From positions 77,936,001 to 78,000,000 of the forward strand of contig NW_024704743.1 in NCBI RefSeq assembly GCF_018977255.1: 64,000 bases of DNA, in the 5' to 3' direction. A program made the position numbers and the translations under genes. The stretch comes from Callorhinchus milii. Its lineage: Eukaryota. Below, piece by piece: positions 13,601 through 28,059 of this stretch (its first letter is position 1; every line of letters begins with the position of its first letter). The notes below the pieces were generated by a model. That model made no database searches and was not told where the DNA came from. It saw only the letters and a list, made by a program, of their open reading frames with translations.

Positions 13601-16600
13601 TAGGGTTTCAGCTGCATTGGTTGTGAACAATGGTACTTGGCCAGCTTGTACTACAGTACCCCATCAGAGCTTTGACTCACAGCATTAAGGATCTGTATTT
13701 ATCTACAATTCTCAATGATGAGCCAGACTTGCTGGTCAACCATTGATAGTTTCTTGGATTACCATAGAGCTGCGTGGATATTCCAAATGTCTCTCCCCTG
13801 AGCTAGTTCATTCCTAGGGAAACATCGCTTATTATCTTCTCCCTTACACAGAATAGAGGTAAGGAGGAAAAGGCTCTTCAGTCCATTGATCTTTTACTGA
13901 CCAAAGTACCTGCCCTTTAGTCTTCCAAATCCAATATCAAGCAGTTTCTTAAAGAACTCAAGTAACAAAAATTATCTGGAATCCAAGTTCTCACGGCTGT
14001 CTGTAGGAGGGCATGGATCACACCCAAAAAAATCTTTTACAATATTTTTAATACACAAGGTTTATTTTAACAAGGGCACTCCACCTCTGTACATTCATCA
14101 TCTCCAGACATTCCTCTGACACTCCCAAGCCCCCAGCTTTATACGGTGCTCAATTATCCCTAAGGGCTAGTGCCCAATTATCACAAGCCTGATTGGAGTC
14201 CAGCCTTTGACACTTTAACACAGTTTGATCAGCAGTAACCATAAAGGCAGTGACAGAGTTTACCCTCCTGTCACACTGTCATTTATTGGGCTATTTTCAT
14301 GCAGATAATCTTCCAGTTTGCTTTAATAAGTTTTCCATTTATTAAGATCAGACAAATGTGTCTATAGTTGACACATATACCTTTTTCACCTCTCTTGGAA
14401 TATAACATCCACATTTGCTTATTATTGGTTGAAATTCCAGTGGACAAATATTTTTTAAAAAATGTCATTTAGTTTTTGTTTTCCCACCGGATCATTTGCA
14501 TTCACATCGTCCGTAGAACAACAGCAACAACAAAATTACATTTATAGAGCGCCTTTCACATCGGGACGATGTCCCAAGGCGCTAGAACCATCTAGCAAGT
14601 GGTAATTGGTGCAGCTAATCACAGCCTGGCATGCTCAAGACCATTCACAACAACAACTTGCATTTATATAACACCCGTCACGTGCAATAGCATCTTGGAG
14701 TGCTTAAAAGTTTTGCGGAGTTTATCACTGAATTGAGGAAGAGAATTGATTATGCGATTAGCACTCCCACTAGTATTGCACTAGAGTGTCAGTCTGGTCT
14801 GTGAGTTCAACAACAACAAATTACATTTATATAGCACCATTTATGTCGAGAGGACGTCCCAAGACACTGAACAGTTAAGGGTTTGCACCTGAGCTGGGGG
14901 TTCATACATCCAACATGAGGACTTGAACCTACAACCTTTTCTCTCAGAGACAAGAGTGCCATCAACTGAGCCAGCTTGACATCCAAAACATTTTGACACA
15001 ATAGCTACCATGTTAAAGGCAAGGGTTATTATATTAGGCTGCACATAATTTATTTTAGATTTACATCTTGCATGCTACAAAGGCTTACTCTCTTAAGTAT
15101 GTCACACAACTTATCCCACAAGACAAGCTAAGAGAAGTGGTTCAAAGCTGAACGGCCACGAGGTAACATAGAATATAAGACTGCTAGACAAAAAAAAACC
15201 AAGGTGCATCTAGTTCGCCTTCCATCTTTGCATGCACATATGTCCCGAACTACTTATTATATCCCATAATGTTATTTCCTAAAAGAAAACAACCTAATCT
15301 GTGATTGAAGGAATCAAAATTTCCTGCTTCAACTGTCTCCCTAGGGAACCTGTTCTACATGTTTACTGTTCACTCACTGAAACAGTATTCAGAAAGAGAA
15401 GGCATTTCTCCTGTTGTCTTAGCCAATAATTGTCCAGACAAAATTGGTCATTCCCTTCATGGCAACGTGTATTTGTGGGGTATTGCTGCATGTTGCATGC
15501 AATAGCAGTCTTTGCCCACAAATATGCAGTTAGTACATTTTACACAAATATGTTGAAATGTTTTAAGTCGTTAAAGGCACTACATCAAATGCTAATATTA
15601 TTATTGATCCTTTTCACAGATTTCATTTGCATGAATGATGAAGAGTTATTTAAATGATCAGAATGCCTTATCCTGTCTTGGACCAGTCTCAATGAATATT
15701 CTCAATGAATATTATCATCTAGTTTTCTCAGATTATATTTCATGTATGTATTTAAAAATAGTCTACATTCTCTTTCTTACTGGGAAGCAGCTCTTGACTC
15801 TTCTGTGTGCAGAAAATCAAAAGGACATGTACATTGGACTGTGCAGTGTTTAGTTCAGTGAAAATTGTCATCTTTTCTATTCTGTAGATCCTACTTTGGG
15901 ATACTTGTCCCACATTGCACTATTTCCAGTTATCAACAGAACAATGTGCAGTATAATGTAAGGTTTACATCTGTTTGGTGTAGCTTTTGGAAATCAATGC
16001 TTAGCATTGGATGCTCTTCCTGTTCAAAGTCATTGGGAGAAACTGGGGAAAATTTACAGTATTCCTTAAACTAGTGCCAGAGTCATTAACACTGCATTAC
16101 TTATCACCATAATGGTACCATTTTGTGTCAACCTAACATTCCTCACTTCTTACTAAACCTGTCGCTGTAATACACTGAAATGTCATCAGGTTTCTACCTC
16201 CTCTTACCCCCTTCCTCATTTTCAGGCTTGATTTGTCACCATATTGGATATCCATACCTGAGGTCACAGGCAAGCAAGAATCAGCTTTGTTTTCTGACCC
16301 TACGAGAGTATGATTTTTTGTTTTATGAGTTATCTCCCAGGGTAGATCATTACCATTTAGGCCCCAACTTCCATTGTGAAACACTATTTCCTTAAATCCC
16401 ATTTTTGCTCAGTAACTCAGTAATCTGGTTTTCAGTTGACACAAAAGCAATTCATACTCCGACTACATCAGGGAGTTAGTCTCGTACAGCCTGGATGCAA
16501 ATTGGCCATTAAAGCTCCCAGGCTGGTTAGCTTAATTTGCCTTTTACTTTGTCAGAATAACATTAGAACTGGACAGGCACATAGAATAATTGTAGACCTT

Positions 16601-18329
16601 GAATAACATCTAAATCAGGAATATGGGATTTGAAGTTTTTTCCCAGTCAGTGGCTATGGCAAGCAATGCTCTGTTTGTTTTTTTCTATAGGAGAGCGGAT
16701 AGCCCATTGACTGGCAGGAGACACTTGTCCAGCATCTTAAATCTCACTTTGTGTTAGTTTGAATGCAATGTTAAATCCTAATGTTTTTGAAAAGGTAACA
16801 CTGCTGGCAGGCTCACACTGCCATCCCTATTGGGAACTGCTTATACTGTTTCGAATAGTTGGTGTAATTAGTCACTTGTGCAGTCATCCCAGAGCAATGA
16901 CAATGGGGGCAATTTACATTATGTTCCCAGACACTGAAGCTTCATCTCTCCTACTATTGTACATGTTGCAGTATTACTGATTTTGTCATTGAGAACTATT
17001 CTAAGGCACGGGTTGATTCACTTGCCACTACACCGATGTACTCTGCTAATACTTCACTATAGACATTAACCAAAAGGAAAAATGTTGGCTGGTCTTACAC
17101 CATGTCAGAATGTGTTGGGAGTGTGGTCAACCCGTGCAACCAAAGAACCCTCAGAGTCCTTGTGAGAGGTTGAAGGGCTAACATTGCCTCAAATGCATGC
17201 TCAACATATGCAAAGACTGTCATTTGTTCCCCAGGCACTGATACTGATAACTAGTCTGTGTTCTCTTCACAAACTATTCCTTATTATGTGAACGTTAAAC
17301 ATCCCATGACACTATTGAAAAGAGTAGGGAAATTCTCTCAGTGGCCTGGCCACCAATGCCCCAGCTTAATTACTCATTCTGCTTTTGGGAACTTGCTGTC
17401 ACAAAAGCTGCCTTGCTTTCCGACAATTGCAGTCACTACACTTGACAGTAATTAGCTGCGATAAGGCCATATAAAGGTATATTTTTCTTTTGAAAATGGT
17501 ATTTGAAAATACAATCAGGGCAGTAAGTTATATCCCTTTTATATTACCCATCCAGAGACAACAAGTGTGGTCCGAAAGAGGAGGCAGATTAGCATTGACA
17601 CTGGTGATCAGCGGGTCTCCTCTGACAACTTCTCTTCCAACACTCATTCTGATGAAAATAGATGATCCAACACTGAGTTGGTTCTTGCTTGATCCAGAAT
17701 CAGGAAAACCAGCTGTTGTACATTACTAGGAAACTCTGGAGATTGTCTTGCCTCCGGAGTCAAAATACTGGTGGAAATATGATAGTAAATTAAACCCTTA
17801 AAGTGATAGGAAAGTAAACCCTTTCTTTAAGTTTTGTTATATCATTAGGACTTTAACCTATTGCCTCTGCGATCCAGTATTCCAGCACTGGAAGTATCTA
17901 CTTCTTAAGATTCCTTCATTTTGACAGACTTTGGAAACAACACAACATTGTGAGTTACATTAATGTTTACGTCAACTTGACTTTGAAAATCTTGGAATAT
18001 ATAATACAGGCATCAATGCATATAAACGTAAGGAGAATAATGTTAAAAGACGCTGACATTTGGCACTACACTTTGTATTCAGTTCAGTTCAGTGCTGTGA
18101 CAGCCAGGGGTGAGCCATGTAACCACATGTCACAGGCAACACAAAAGACAAGTAAGAGAATGCAAGTCTGTCTATCACTTTCCTGTCAAAACATTTGGTT
18201 TAAGGTACACTAGGGTTCAAAATTGAGGAATAACTATCGTAAAACCCACAAAACATTCAGTACAAGGAGTGGACCTGAACACAGGAAGAAAGAGTAAAGG
18301 TGATGTACTATGACGTCTACAACGGCAGG

Positions 18330-18556
18330 TCTCTTTGACCGAGCCTTCAGCTCCCCTCTCGACTCTCTTCCCCCTTCTCGCTCCCTCCCATCCCTCCCCT
18401 CACCCTGACCATTTCCCCCCTCCTCGCTCCCTTCCCTCCCCTCACCCTGACCATTTCCCCCCTGCTCGGGTCATGACCCAACTGTGCAGCGCCTTGGGAC
18501 GTCCTCCTGACGTGAAAGGCGCTTTATAAATGGAATCTTGTTGTTGTTGTTGTTGT
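18330..18556 (+). mobile_element. Young L2 3' end (about 230 nt)
   Basis: Near-identical to 51930-52157. (GTT)n tail. Confidence 0.9.
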
Positions 18557-20279
18557 CATAGAGAAGAGAGTTTCTTCTGGTGTCCTGGCCAACAATCTCC
18601 AAATAAAATTGGTAATTCACTTCATAGCTCTCTGTGGGACATTGCTATGTCTCGTTTGCCCACAAAACATGGTCACTACACTTTACAATAAGTCCCGTGG
18701 AAACCTTTGAGACACCCTCCCAACATGAAAGGCACTACTATACCAAATGTAAAGATTATTATTATCCATAGCACACAGCTGACATGGGCCACTAAACCAT
18801 ACTCGCCACATCAGCTGAACCATTAGCTGTGTTCTCTAGATTTTTTTAAAAAAAGCATGAAATGATCTTTTAAGTGTTTGAAATTTGCACTGATTTCATA
18901 AAAAAACTCACTGTTAACAAAGAAATGATTCCATGTGACCTGCCTAACTTAAGAGCAATTATTGTGTCTTTAGCAGGTTCAACACACAACAGTGCCATAC
19001 AAAACATTTCACACTACAATCTACAACTCATTCGGTTTGAAAACATTTCCTTGCTCTAGAGCAGAGCTGTTGCTGTGACGTTTGTAGAGCCCAACAGCTA
19101 TTTGAAAATACAAAGCGATACACACAGACAAAGATCTAATTGCAATAATCAACTAAAAAAGAGTGTGAGTTTCAGCTCATTAAAGTCCCTTTTAACATTG
19201 CCTCCTGCCAACATCTTTTCTGGTGCGCTCAATCCCACGATTACCAGACGCCTTCTCATTCATCATTGTCTAAAACGATTACTTTCTTATTCTTACATAG
19301 TGAAAATCAAAATTACAAATCTTCAGTCTTTGTAAGATCATGCAAGATTACTTCCGTTGCTTTGAAGAATGCCATTTGTATGGTATTATTGTAGGTGTAA
19401 AGTCCAGAGGATTCATATTCTAGATGCATGTGTCTGTCTCATTCTTCTTAGCAGTAATTGTTTGCAGGAAGCCATGAAAATGCTGTATACCAGTGGATAG
19501 AACGAAGGAAGTTCTGCCTTAATTACCATCTCAGATCAAGGGATCAGTTTAAATATTCACTAAATCTGATTCCCACAACATTTCCGTGACCTTCAAAGCA
19601 CCTCATCCTCCCTTTTCAAGTGCAGTGTTAAGTGAACAACAAGAATCTGTTCACAAGATACACTTTGGAGATCAAAAGGCAGCAATTTGAAAAGCAGGAT
19701 AACTAAATTAGACTTAAATCCATAAAGATAGCAAACATTCTATACTTTAAAATTAGTCAAGACAGCGGGAAACCATGCAAAATGTTTTTTTTAATCAAGT
19801 CCCTAAAGCTAAGGATAAAGATATGTAAGACTGACTGTGGATAATTTTAGGTTGTGCCAGCAGCGGGCATAACCTAAAATTCTAATCTTGCTTTAATTCT
19901 AGTTTTACAGCATTTTTTTGAGGGATGTATTTATTAGGTATTGGGTACATGTGATAATATCTTTCTAAGCTTCATTTTAATGTTGCCATTTATTATTCTT
20001 TGAGATTCCATAAGCAGTCGGTTTATAATAGCCGAGCTACCATTGTCACTGCTCACTGTACTATATTATCTGATGCATCGAATTTCTCTCACTCCTTTCT
20101 TCAAAACATTTCGAACAAATACCACCGGGATCACCTATAATGGGATATATTGTGTGGAGTATCCCGATGGAAGAGTCTCCCAATCAGACAAATATACCAA
20201 AACAATAACTTGTCTTTATATGTTCCCTTCACCTGGGGTAATGTTTCAGAGTGCTTCCCCATGACAGGGTCAGATGCTG

Positions 20280-20590
20280 AGCAAGGGAGGAGAGGGAAAG
20301 ATTGTAGATGCAGTGAGGAGGTAGTTTTTTAGGTGCGATTTAAAGTCAGGTAGAGAGATATACACAGCGGTAGAGGGACGGAGTTCCAGAGGTCAGGGAC
20401 ATAGTCGCTGAAAGCTTGTCTGCCAACAGTAGTGCAAAGAGGATGGAGCCATTCAGTAGGCTCGAGTTAGCCGAGTGAAGAAGACGAGCAAAGGAGTGGG
20501 TTAGGAGGCCATCAGAGAAATAGGAAGGGGAAGGGATTTATATATGAGGATGAGGACATTAAAGTCAATTTATTGAGAGGCAGTGAAGTG
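20280..20590 (-). mobile_element. Old L2 fragment
   Basis: Purine-rich reverse match to the L2 C-terminal region (GGAGTTCCAGAGG...GCTGAAAGC...GGATGAGGAC). Confidence 0.55.
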
Positions 20591-23500
20591 AAGTAGTGAA
20601 AAAAAGGGTAAATAAAGGGATTTTATACAATTGTTAAAGTTGCTGTTTTGTACAATGTTAAAGATCTGGCACTATTCAAAAGAGAGGGGAGTTTCTCCTT
20701 GTGTCCTGGTCAACATTCCCCCATATATTAATTGGTATCTCACTTCATGGCTGTTTGTGGGTATTACTGTGTGCAAATTGGCTGCCTCGTTTTGCCCACA
20801 AAATAAACACAGTCACATCACTGTCTCAGTGACGATAAAATATAATACCAATTATGAGGATTATTTTGGTGGTAATTGCATTCATACAAATAATAAATGA
20901 AAACAGGTGTTTGTAGTGTATTCCCTTTCCTCCTTTGAATTTTTTTGTTGTTTCTTTTAGCATTGAATTTGTACAAATGTGAAATGTTCAGGTAATGAAA
21001 ACAAACATAATTGTGGCTCTTTCATTCTGGTTCACTGCAGCATGTGTAACATAGTGACTTTATGCCTTCCTGCCACTTATAAAATAGCCGTGACAGCTTT
21101 GTGAAGGCAACTGATTAATGCTGTTGCAATATTGATTTAGGAGCGAGCATACACAGGCCTGGATCAGAAGGAGCTACAAGATGTTCCATCATCCCCTCCC
21201 TGCCCCCATACCCAACAAAAACAACAACTTGCATTTGTATAGCACCCTTCATGCATGGTAGCCTCTTGGAGCATTTAACAGTGGCAGAGGAAAAAGCCGA
21301 ACCAGGGAGAGAGGGGAGCTGATTGTACTGTCCTGTAATTAACACAAATAATGAAAATAAGGTGAAAACAACTCAATGAGAAATGCACATCGATTTGAGC
21401 AAGTAATTTTGCAACAGAAATAATAATAATAATCCTTATGTTTGATATAGCGCCTTCCATATCAGGCAAACATTTCAAAGCACTTCGCAGAATATACTGC
21501 AAAGTGCAGTAACTGTGTAATTTGTAGGCGGACTTTAGAATGAGCTTTACTCGGAAACTTATCTCGCACAAAGAAAGGGATGTTGTTAATCAGTCTGGCA
21601 TTCCCTTCTAGTTCTTGACATTTAAATTATGACAGTATCTTTATAACAAAAGGATGTTGGTCACTGATGTAATGTATTTAAGACATTTAAGGCTTCATAG
21701 AATGCCTTTCCGGATAACAAAACTGAACAACATACGGTAGCAGTTGCTCTGCGCCAAAGCCAGCAAAGGAAAGGGAAACAAATAAACTGAATCTATTCAG
21801 GTCCTTTTTGATGTGAATAATAATAACCATCTGATAAAGCTGGAAGATTTATCTGTGAAGGTAGATTGGCTGTCAAATTCCCAGTGAAGTATTTTGCAGT
21901 ACAGAGTACTATAGATGTGATATTTGAGAGGAGCCGGTTTAAAAGCAGAGCAGTGGTAGAGGACTCCTTAGTAGTTTTTTCCCCCCAATAAAGACTGCCC
22001 CTTAAAGTCATCATTCAGGGAGCAGGAAGTGAAACTGTAGCAGAAAGTTCAGCTAGTAATTGGTTATGGTCACGCTAAGGGAACAGGAAGAAATCTGCAA
22101 CTGATTAGAACTCTTCCTCTTGAATTAATAGTCAGAAAATTAATTACATTTTCGACCCATTTCCACTATCGTTTTTCCTGTTTAGGAGGTATTTAACACA
22201 GAATAGCCTTAGATAACAAAATACTGAATAAATGACTTGGAAAACCACAGATCTTTACATTTCAGCATATAGCATGAATCCGTTAACTTTTAGCATGGAG
22301 GGGGATGGGGGGAGAGCAATTAAGCAAAGTTGCCATGGGACACAATAAAGAAAAGCTCAAAGAAAGTTTTTCTTCATTATTAGAAAAAATGCAGCAGTTT
22401 GTCGGTAAATACAGCGTTGAGTGTGTATATGTTCAGGAGGATACTAGTTTGCTGTTTTGCCCCAGGATTTGTGGCTGCCCAACCTAAATTTAACATCATA
22501 CATTGTTTTCTCATAGTCTGAAATGCTCTGTGCTTTGTACTCTGTATTTCGCTCTTCCTCCCAGAAATAAAATACTTTCCTGATGACAAACACATAGTTC
22601 ATTGGGAACATCCAGCAGTCCATCTCAAGCATGTGTATTCCTTAACAATACTGTCCGAATCCAAATTAAAAACTGATTTATTTCATTTTCACCTACAGAA
22701 TTTCTCCCAACCCACAAACGGTGTAATAAAAGCATAGAAAAACAATGATATTTGATATGTATCATGGGATATTTAGAAATCCCCACATGAATAGTAAGGC
22801 CAAAATGTGATTGTTAATTGCTGCAATAATAGATGGTTGTAGTTTTCATTTAAACATGTAATGGTTTCAATCGTGATTTAATGTTAACTTTTGTTCCCTC
22901 TCTTCTCATTACGTATGCTGGGTTTCCAGAGGTCTGGCTTCAATCAAGAAAACAAGCCCATAAGCTGTTTATAGTTAGAAGGATTCTCAGACTGCTTTAT
23001 CAGTACTGTGTCTGTTTAAACAATTTCCCCAGAAAAAAGCTGCTAATACCTTCAATCTCCAGATTCTCTGAGTACTGAATTTCCTTTATAGCTCCCAGCT
23101 TTAAGTACACACGCTTCCACAACGCATAATCCCTTCAAAAAGAGATCACGTCAAATGATAATGTTTCACATCACTGAGCAGAATTTAACTAAAATATCTA
23201 TCTTTTTTTTGGTGGGTGGGGGGGGGGAGTGGGGACAACGTAAATGGTGAAACTGAACAAGTTGAATAATTTCTAAGTTATTTTTATAATTTACATGTGG
23301 TCTATAAATGCTGCCATAATATGAATGTCATTTTAATTAGAACTCATATTTAATACAATATCACTGAGATAGTATTTTATTCTGATCAGGTAATATTCAT
23401 AATTTACCGATTTAACAGCTCACTCCCAGTTACTTTTTTAATTTAATGTAGCTCCAGCGGAATAACATATATCATACTAAGGAGCATTTTAGGAGTTCAT

Positions 23501-23954
23501 ATTAAGTTGGGGTAGAAGGAACAGCTTGAAAGAATACCTTTATTAATGGCATCCTCTCTACAGGGTTATCCTCCTATGTGAGCTCCATATAATGAAGTGT
23601 CTGTTGATGTGGACTAAGTGAAGCTCCATTTGGTAATCATCGTAAATTTGTCTTTCTATACAGCTAATGCAAATTCAGAAGTGTGGGGGTTAGCACTGTT
23701 TTGGTGTTTCATAGTGCGTTCCATGTGATTATTATCACATGGAATGGATTATGAAATGTCACTAGCTTCAACCCATCAGTTCAATTCATGCCTTCAATGT
23801 CATGTTTTTTAATGGATTAATGACTCAATGAGGCTTTTCTTGTTCCCGTCTTAATGCTCTTATGTTATATTGCCGCAATGATGTCCCATGTTCCCTGAGA
23901 TAGGACAAATAGTAGTTATACCAACAACAACCTATGTATTGCAACAACTTTGCA

Positions 23955-24835
23955 ATCTATGAAGCTGGTAGATTGCAAAGCTGAACAACATATAGGTTAC
24001 AGGAGGATTTGAACATACTTGGGAAGATGAAATTCAATGTGGAGAAATGGAAAGTACTTCACATGGGGACAAAAAATCTAGGAAGGGACTATTATTTGAA
24101 CAGAAGGAAAATAATATATATGGAAAATGAAAAGGACCTGAGGGTCCTGATTGACAATAAATTGAAGCTCTCCCAACAATGCTCTGTGGCAGTGAGTAAA
24201 GCAAACCAGATGCTAGGATGTATCAAAAGATCAATAGCAAGCCGAAATAGTGGGGTAATCCTGCCACTGTATAAATCATTGGTGAGACTATACTTAGAGT
24301 ACTGTGTACAGTTCTGTTCACCACAGTACAAAAATGATATGGGATAAATCGAGTGGATACAGAGGAGGGCAACCAGAATCATTGAGGGAATGGAAGGACT
24401 GGACTTTGAGGAGCGACTAAGTAAATCGGGCATGTCCACATTGGAAAAGAGAAGATTGAGAGTCTACATGATTGCTATCTGTAAGGTTCTAAAGGGGCAA
24501 GACAATATAGATCATGACAGGTTTCTTCAACTATTCCAGAATAGTAAAACCAGAGGACACTGCCTGTGATTGAATGGGAATAAATTCAGAATGAATCTAC
24601 GCAAACACTATTTCAATGAGCAAATAGTAAACCCGTGGAATAGGCTCCATAGGGAGATGGTTGAAGTAGGAAGTGTTGATTCCTTCAAACACAGATCAGA
24701 TAGTTTTGTTTTAGGAAATAAAATTATGAGATATAGTTGATAGGTAGTTCGGGACATGTGCATGCAACCGCCAAGAAGGTGGAACGTGAACTAGATGGAC
24801 CTTGGTCTTTTTGTTGTCTAGCATTTCTTATGTTC
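23955..24835 (+). mobile_element. CR1-clade LINE 3' fragment
   Basis: Encodes MKFNVEKWKVLHMG...LVRLYLEYCVQFCSP. 3'UTR ends TTCTTATGTTCT. Same subfamily as 5041-9005 and 46000-48030. Confidence 0.9.
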
Positions 24836-25702
24836 TAACAACAACAATTTGAATTTATATTACGCCCTTCACACCAGACAGAATCTCGGAGCACTTAATT
24901 ATTTCACCATAGTACAAGTAACAAAAATAATGTGCATTCTTCACATGGGGCAATATCTTGGAGCACTTAAACAAATACATAGACTTACTTAGGATTCAAA
25001 TTCTTAAACACAGCCTTAATTTTTAAACTTTTTTTCTGTAAGTTTCTAAGAATATCAGAAATCCACTTCAAAGTTAAGAATGATTTCAACAATTAGCCAA
25101 ATTCTGGATACTCTAAAATGCCTTTTTGGGGGGCAGGCAGGTGTCTTAACACTTGCAGAAGCCCCCCACCAATGCTTAAGAGTATCCAAACCAAAATAAA
25201 TCATTTTCCTTGTTTCTCCTAATTTTTAAAACCAAACCAAAATGCCATATAAATAGAGTAATTCTAAACCCATGTGGAATTTCTCCCTAACAATACACTT
25301 ACACAGGACCAGATCAGAAAAATCACTGCAAAGCCAGAACCTTGATGTTCCACTTCAATGCTTTTTATCCAATTGAAGACATAATAGATTTATTCCTCCA
25401 CAACACTTTATTGTGAAAGGGATCCCAATGCAATGAATGATGGGAGGAAGTGTTTATTAAGATGAAGGAGAAAAATTAGGAGAAACAATGACAAGTTTTT
25501 TTTGCTCTGTGCTCATTTACAGTTCTAAACATTTACAGGTTAGGAACTCTGCAGATGTATAGCTCAAAATATAATAGAGTGGCTCACTGGTAATTGCCTG
25601 TGCCTTAGATTTATCCAAAGTAAAATGCATTGTTTCTGTTATCCATCACACTTATTGGACTATTAATTAGGATAAGGTTAAGAATGGATTTCTATGTTAC
25701 AA

Positions 25703-26200
25703 AACAACAACTTGCACTTATACAGCACCTTTCACATGAGGTGAAGCTTCAAAGCACTTTACAAATATAACATGAATTACTGAGGAGGGTGGGAAGAAAG
25801 GTGAGGAGTTGAAAATGTTGAACAAAGGCAGAATTGGAGATATATCTTTTCAGTGGGTTTTGAAAGCAGAGTAAAATGTCACAAAGAAAGGGGATTTTGA
25901 GGGAGAGGTCTGGAGAGTAGACAGATTAGTGGCTGAAAGTTAAGCCACTGATAGAAGGCGGAAGAGGTGAGGAATGAGAAGTAAACTAGACTTGGAAGAG
26001 TAGAGGGTGTGGTCAAGAGAATGGGGCTGGAAGAGATTGCAGAAGTAAAGGGGGGAGTTAGGACAAGAGTATAAAGGAATTTGAAGGTCAGAAAGAAGAT
26101 CTTGAAATTGATTTGCAAGTGCATGGCAAGCCAGTGGAGCCTGGCAAGGAGAGGGGTGATGGGCCATGTAGTCTGGTGCTTTGAACCACTTACCATAGGT
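25703..26200 (-). mobile_element. Old L2 fragment
   Basis: Encodes PITPLLARLHWL...INFKIFFLTFK. L2-type tail at 25703-25765. Confidence 0.75.
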
Positions 26201-27728
26201 TGATGTTAAAGTGATGGAGCATAATAATGAAATGATTGAAGAAGCAATTTTTTCAAGGACTTAAAGCAAAACTGGACCCATTTATTTTCTTTCTTTCAAT
26301 TATGAGGCTAGTCTGATAAAAAAAAGAATTAAGAAGTTGGTAATTAAATTCTAAAAGGGGGAAATTCCTCCTGGTTCTAGATTTAATAATTCCTTCAAAA
26401 AAGATATATATGTAATAATAAATTGATCCTTTCAATCTACAACTGTATGTGGGTCACTGCTGCATGCAATTGGTTGCCGCATTTCACCCACAAAATACAG
26501 TCAATTTACTTTACAGCATATTCTGTGAAGAGCTTTGAGTCGTCTCAAAGACATGATAAGGCACTATATCAAATGCAAGGATTATTATTTACTCATGATA
26601 TGTTCTCCTGCATGAAGGACACACAATGCAAGTTGTTGTTGTTGTTGTTGTTGCATTAACCTAGTATTTTAGAGCATCTAGAATTTGCCAAATTGTGAAA
26701 TACATTCTAGTTTTGAAGCTGGCTTTCTGTACATTCTTAAAGTTAAGACTTAACAAAGAACAAAAACTCATTGGTATATTAACCTCTTAGTTGCAGAACT
26801 AAAAATGATAGGGTCTAATCTGTAGTATTTTGAAATGGAATTATAATATTTAACACATAAATATTGACTCCTTACAGTGCCTGGAAGTAGATCTCTCTGA
26901 CTTGGGGGAACTCCACTTTGACACTATCTACCTCTGGAGTAAAGAACCCACAGATTTAACAAGAATTTTAATTGGATTTCTTATTAAGAAATCTGTCAAG
27001 AAATACTGGCCAAAAATCCCCCGAATAAAATTGGTGCCGCTTTTGTGGGAGATGCAATGTGTGAAGTGCATTTGCCTACAAAATACGCTGTCGTTTTCAA
27101 ATTAAGACATTTGTCTCCAAATTTCTGATACTCAGAGACTCTTGTTCCAAATTAATCACTTGGAAAATCTTTAGCCATGAAAGGGTAAACCCAGCTCATA
27201 GAGTGGAGGAGTGTTGGTACTGTGAGCTACACTAAAATTACAAATACAAAGAAGGAATAATTCCCTGTCAGGCCCACATCAGCTGAGAAACCAATATTGC
27301 CCGAAGGGTGCCAATGAAAAATGTGAGATGGGGAAGGGCAAATTAAACAGACACTCCATTAAAGTGTGCAATGATGTCCTTGTTCACTTAAGGTAATCAT
27401 TTATAACTTTGACTCTGATAATTACTTTCTAAATTTTTAACTCTGTTCAGTGGTCATAGTGTCGGTGCTATAATTTGTTTGTAGCACAATTATCTCAGAA
27501 ATTACTGAAAATAAAGTACTGAATTCCCCAAATGTATCACTCTCCACATAAAATGCACAGCTTATTGCTCCCTCACTAAGGGAAGCCCAACAAGGGTTTG
27601 TTTTCCATAGTGAGAACATAAGAACTTTTAGAAACAGAAAAAGGCCATCATGCCCAGAAATCTTATGCAATTTTGCTAGTTCTCAGTCTTAATTTGCCTA
27701 ACGTTTTGCCCGGTTAAACAAACATTAA

Positions 27729-28040
27729 GAAACATTAAGCAAGTTTCTATACTCCACACACCTCTGTTTACCTAGCGGTAAGTAGGAATCTGGTTGTTAG
27801 TTGATTGGTGGATCGCATTTCCTGGAGTATTAATCCATTCAAAATAAATAAATAAATAGAATAATAATTTGGTCATTCAATCTACGATTGTTTGTGGGAC
27901 ACTGCTGTGTGCAATTGACTGCCGCGTTTCGCCCACAAAATATACAGTCAATTCACTTTACAGTATATTCTGTGAAGAGCTTTGAGATGTCTCGAAGATG
28001 TGATAAGGTGCTATATCAAATGCAAGGATTATTATTATTA
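27729..28040 (+). mobile_element. Deu-domain SINE, long form, head truncated
   Basis: Matches 29469-29785 with an extra segment of about 62 nt at 27764-27825. (ATT)n tail. Confidence 0.85.
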
Positions 28041-28059
28041 TCATTCACTAGCCTTAGAC

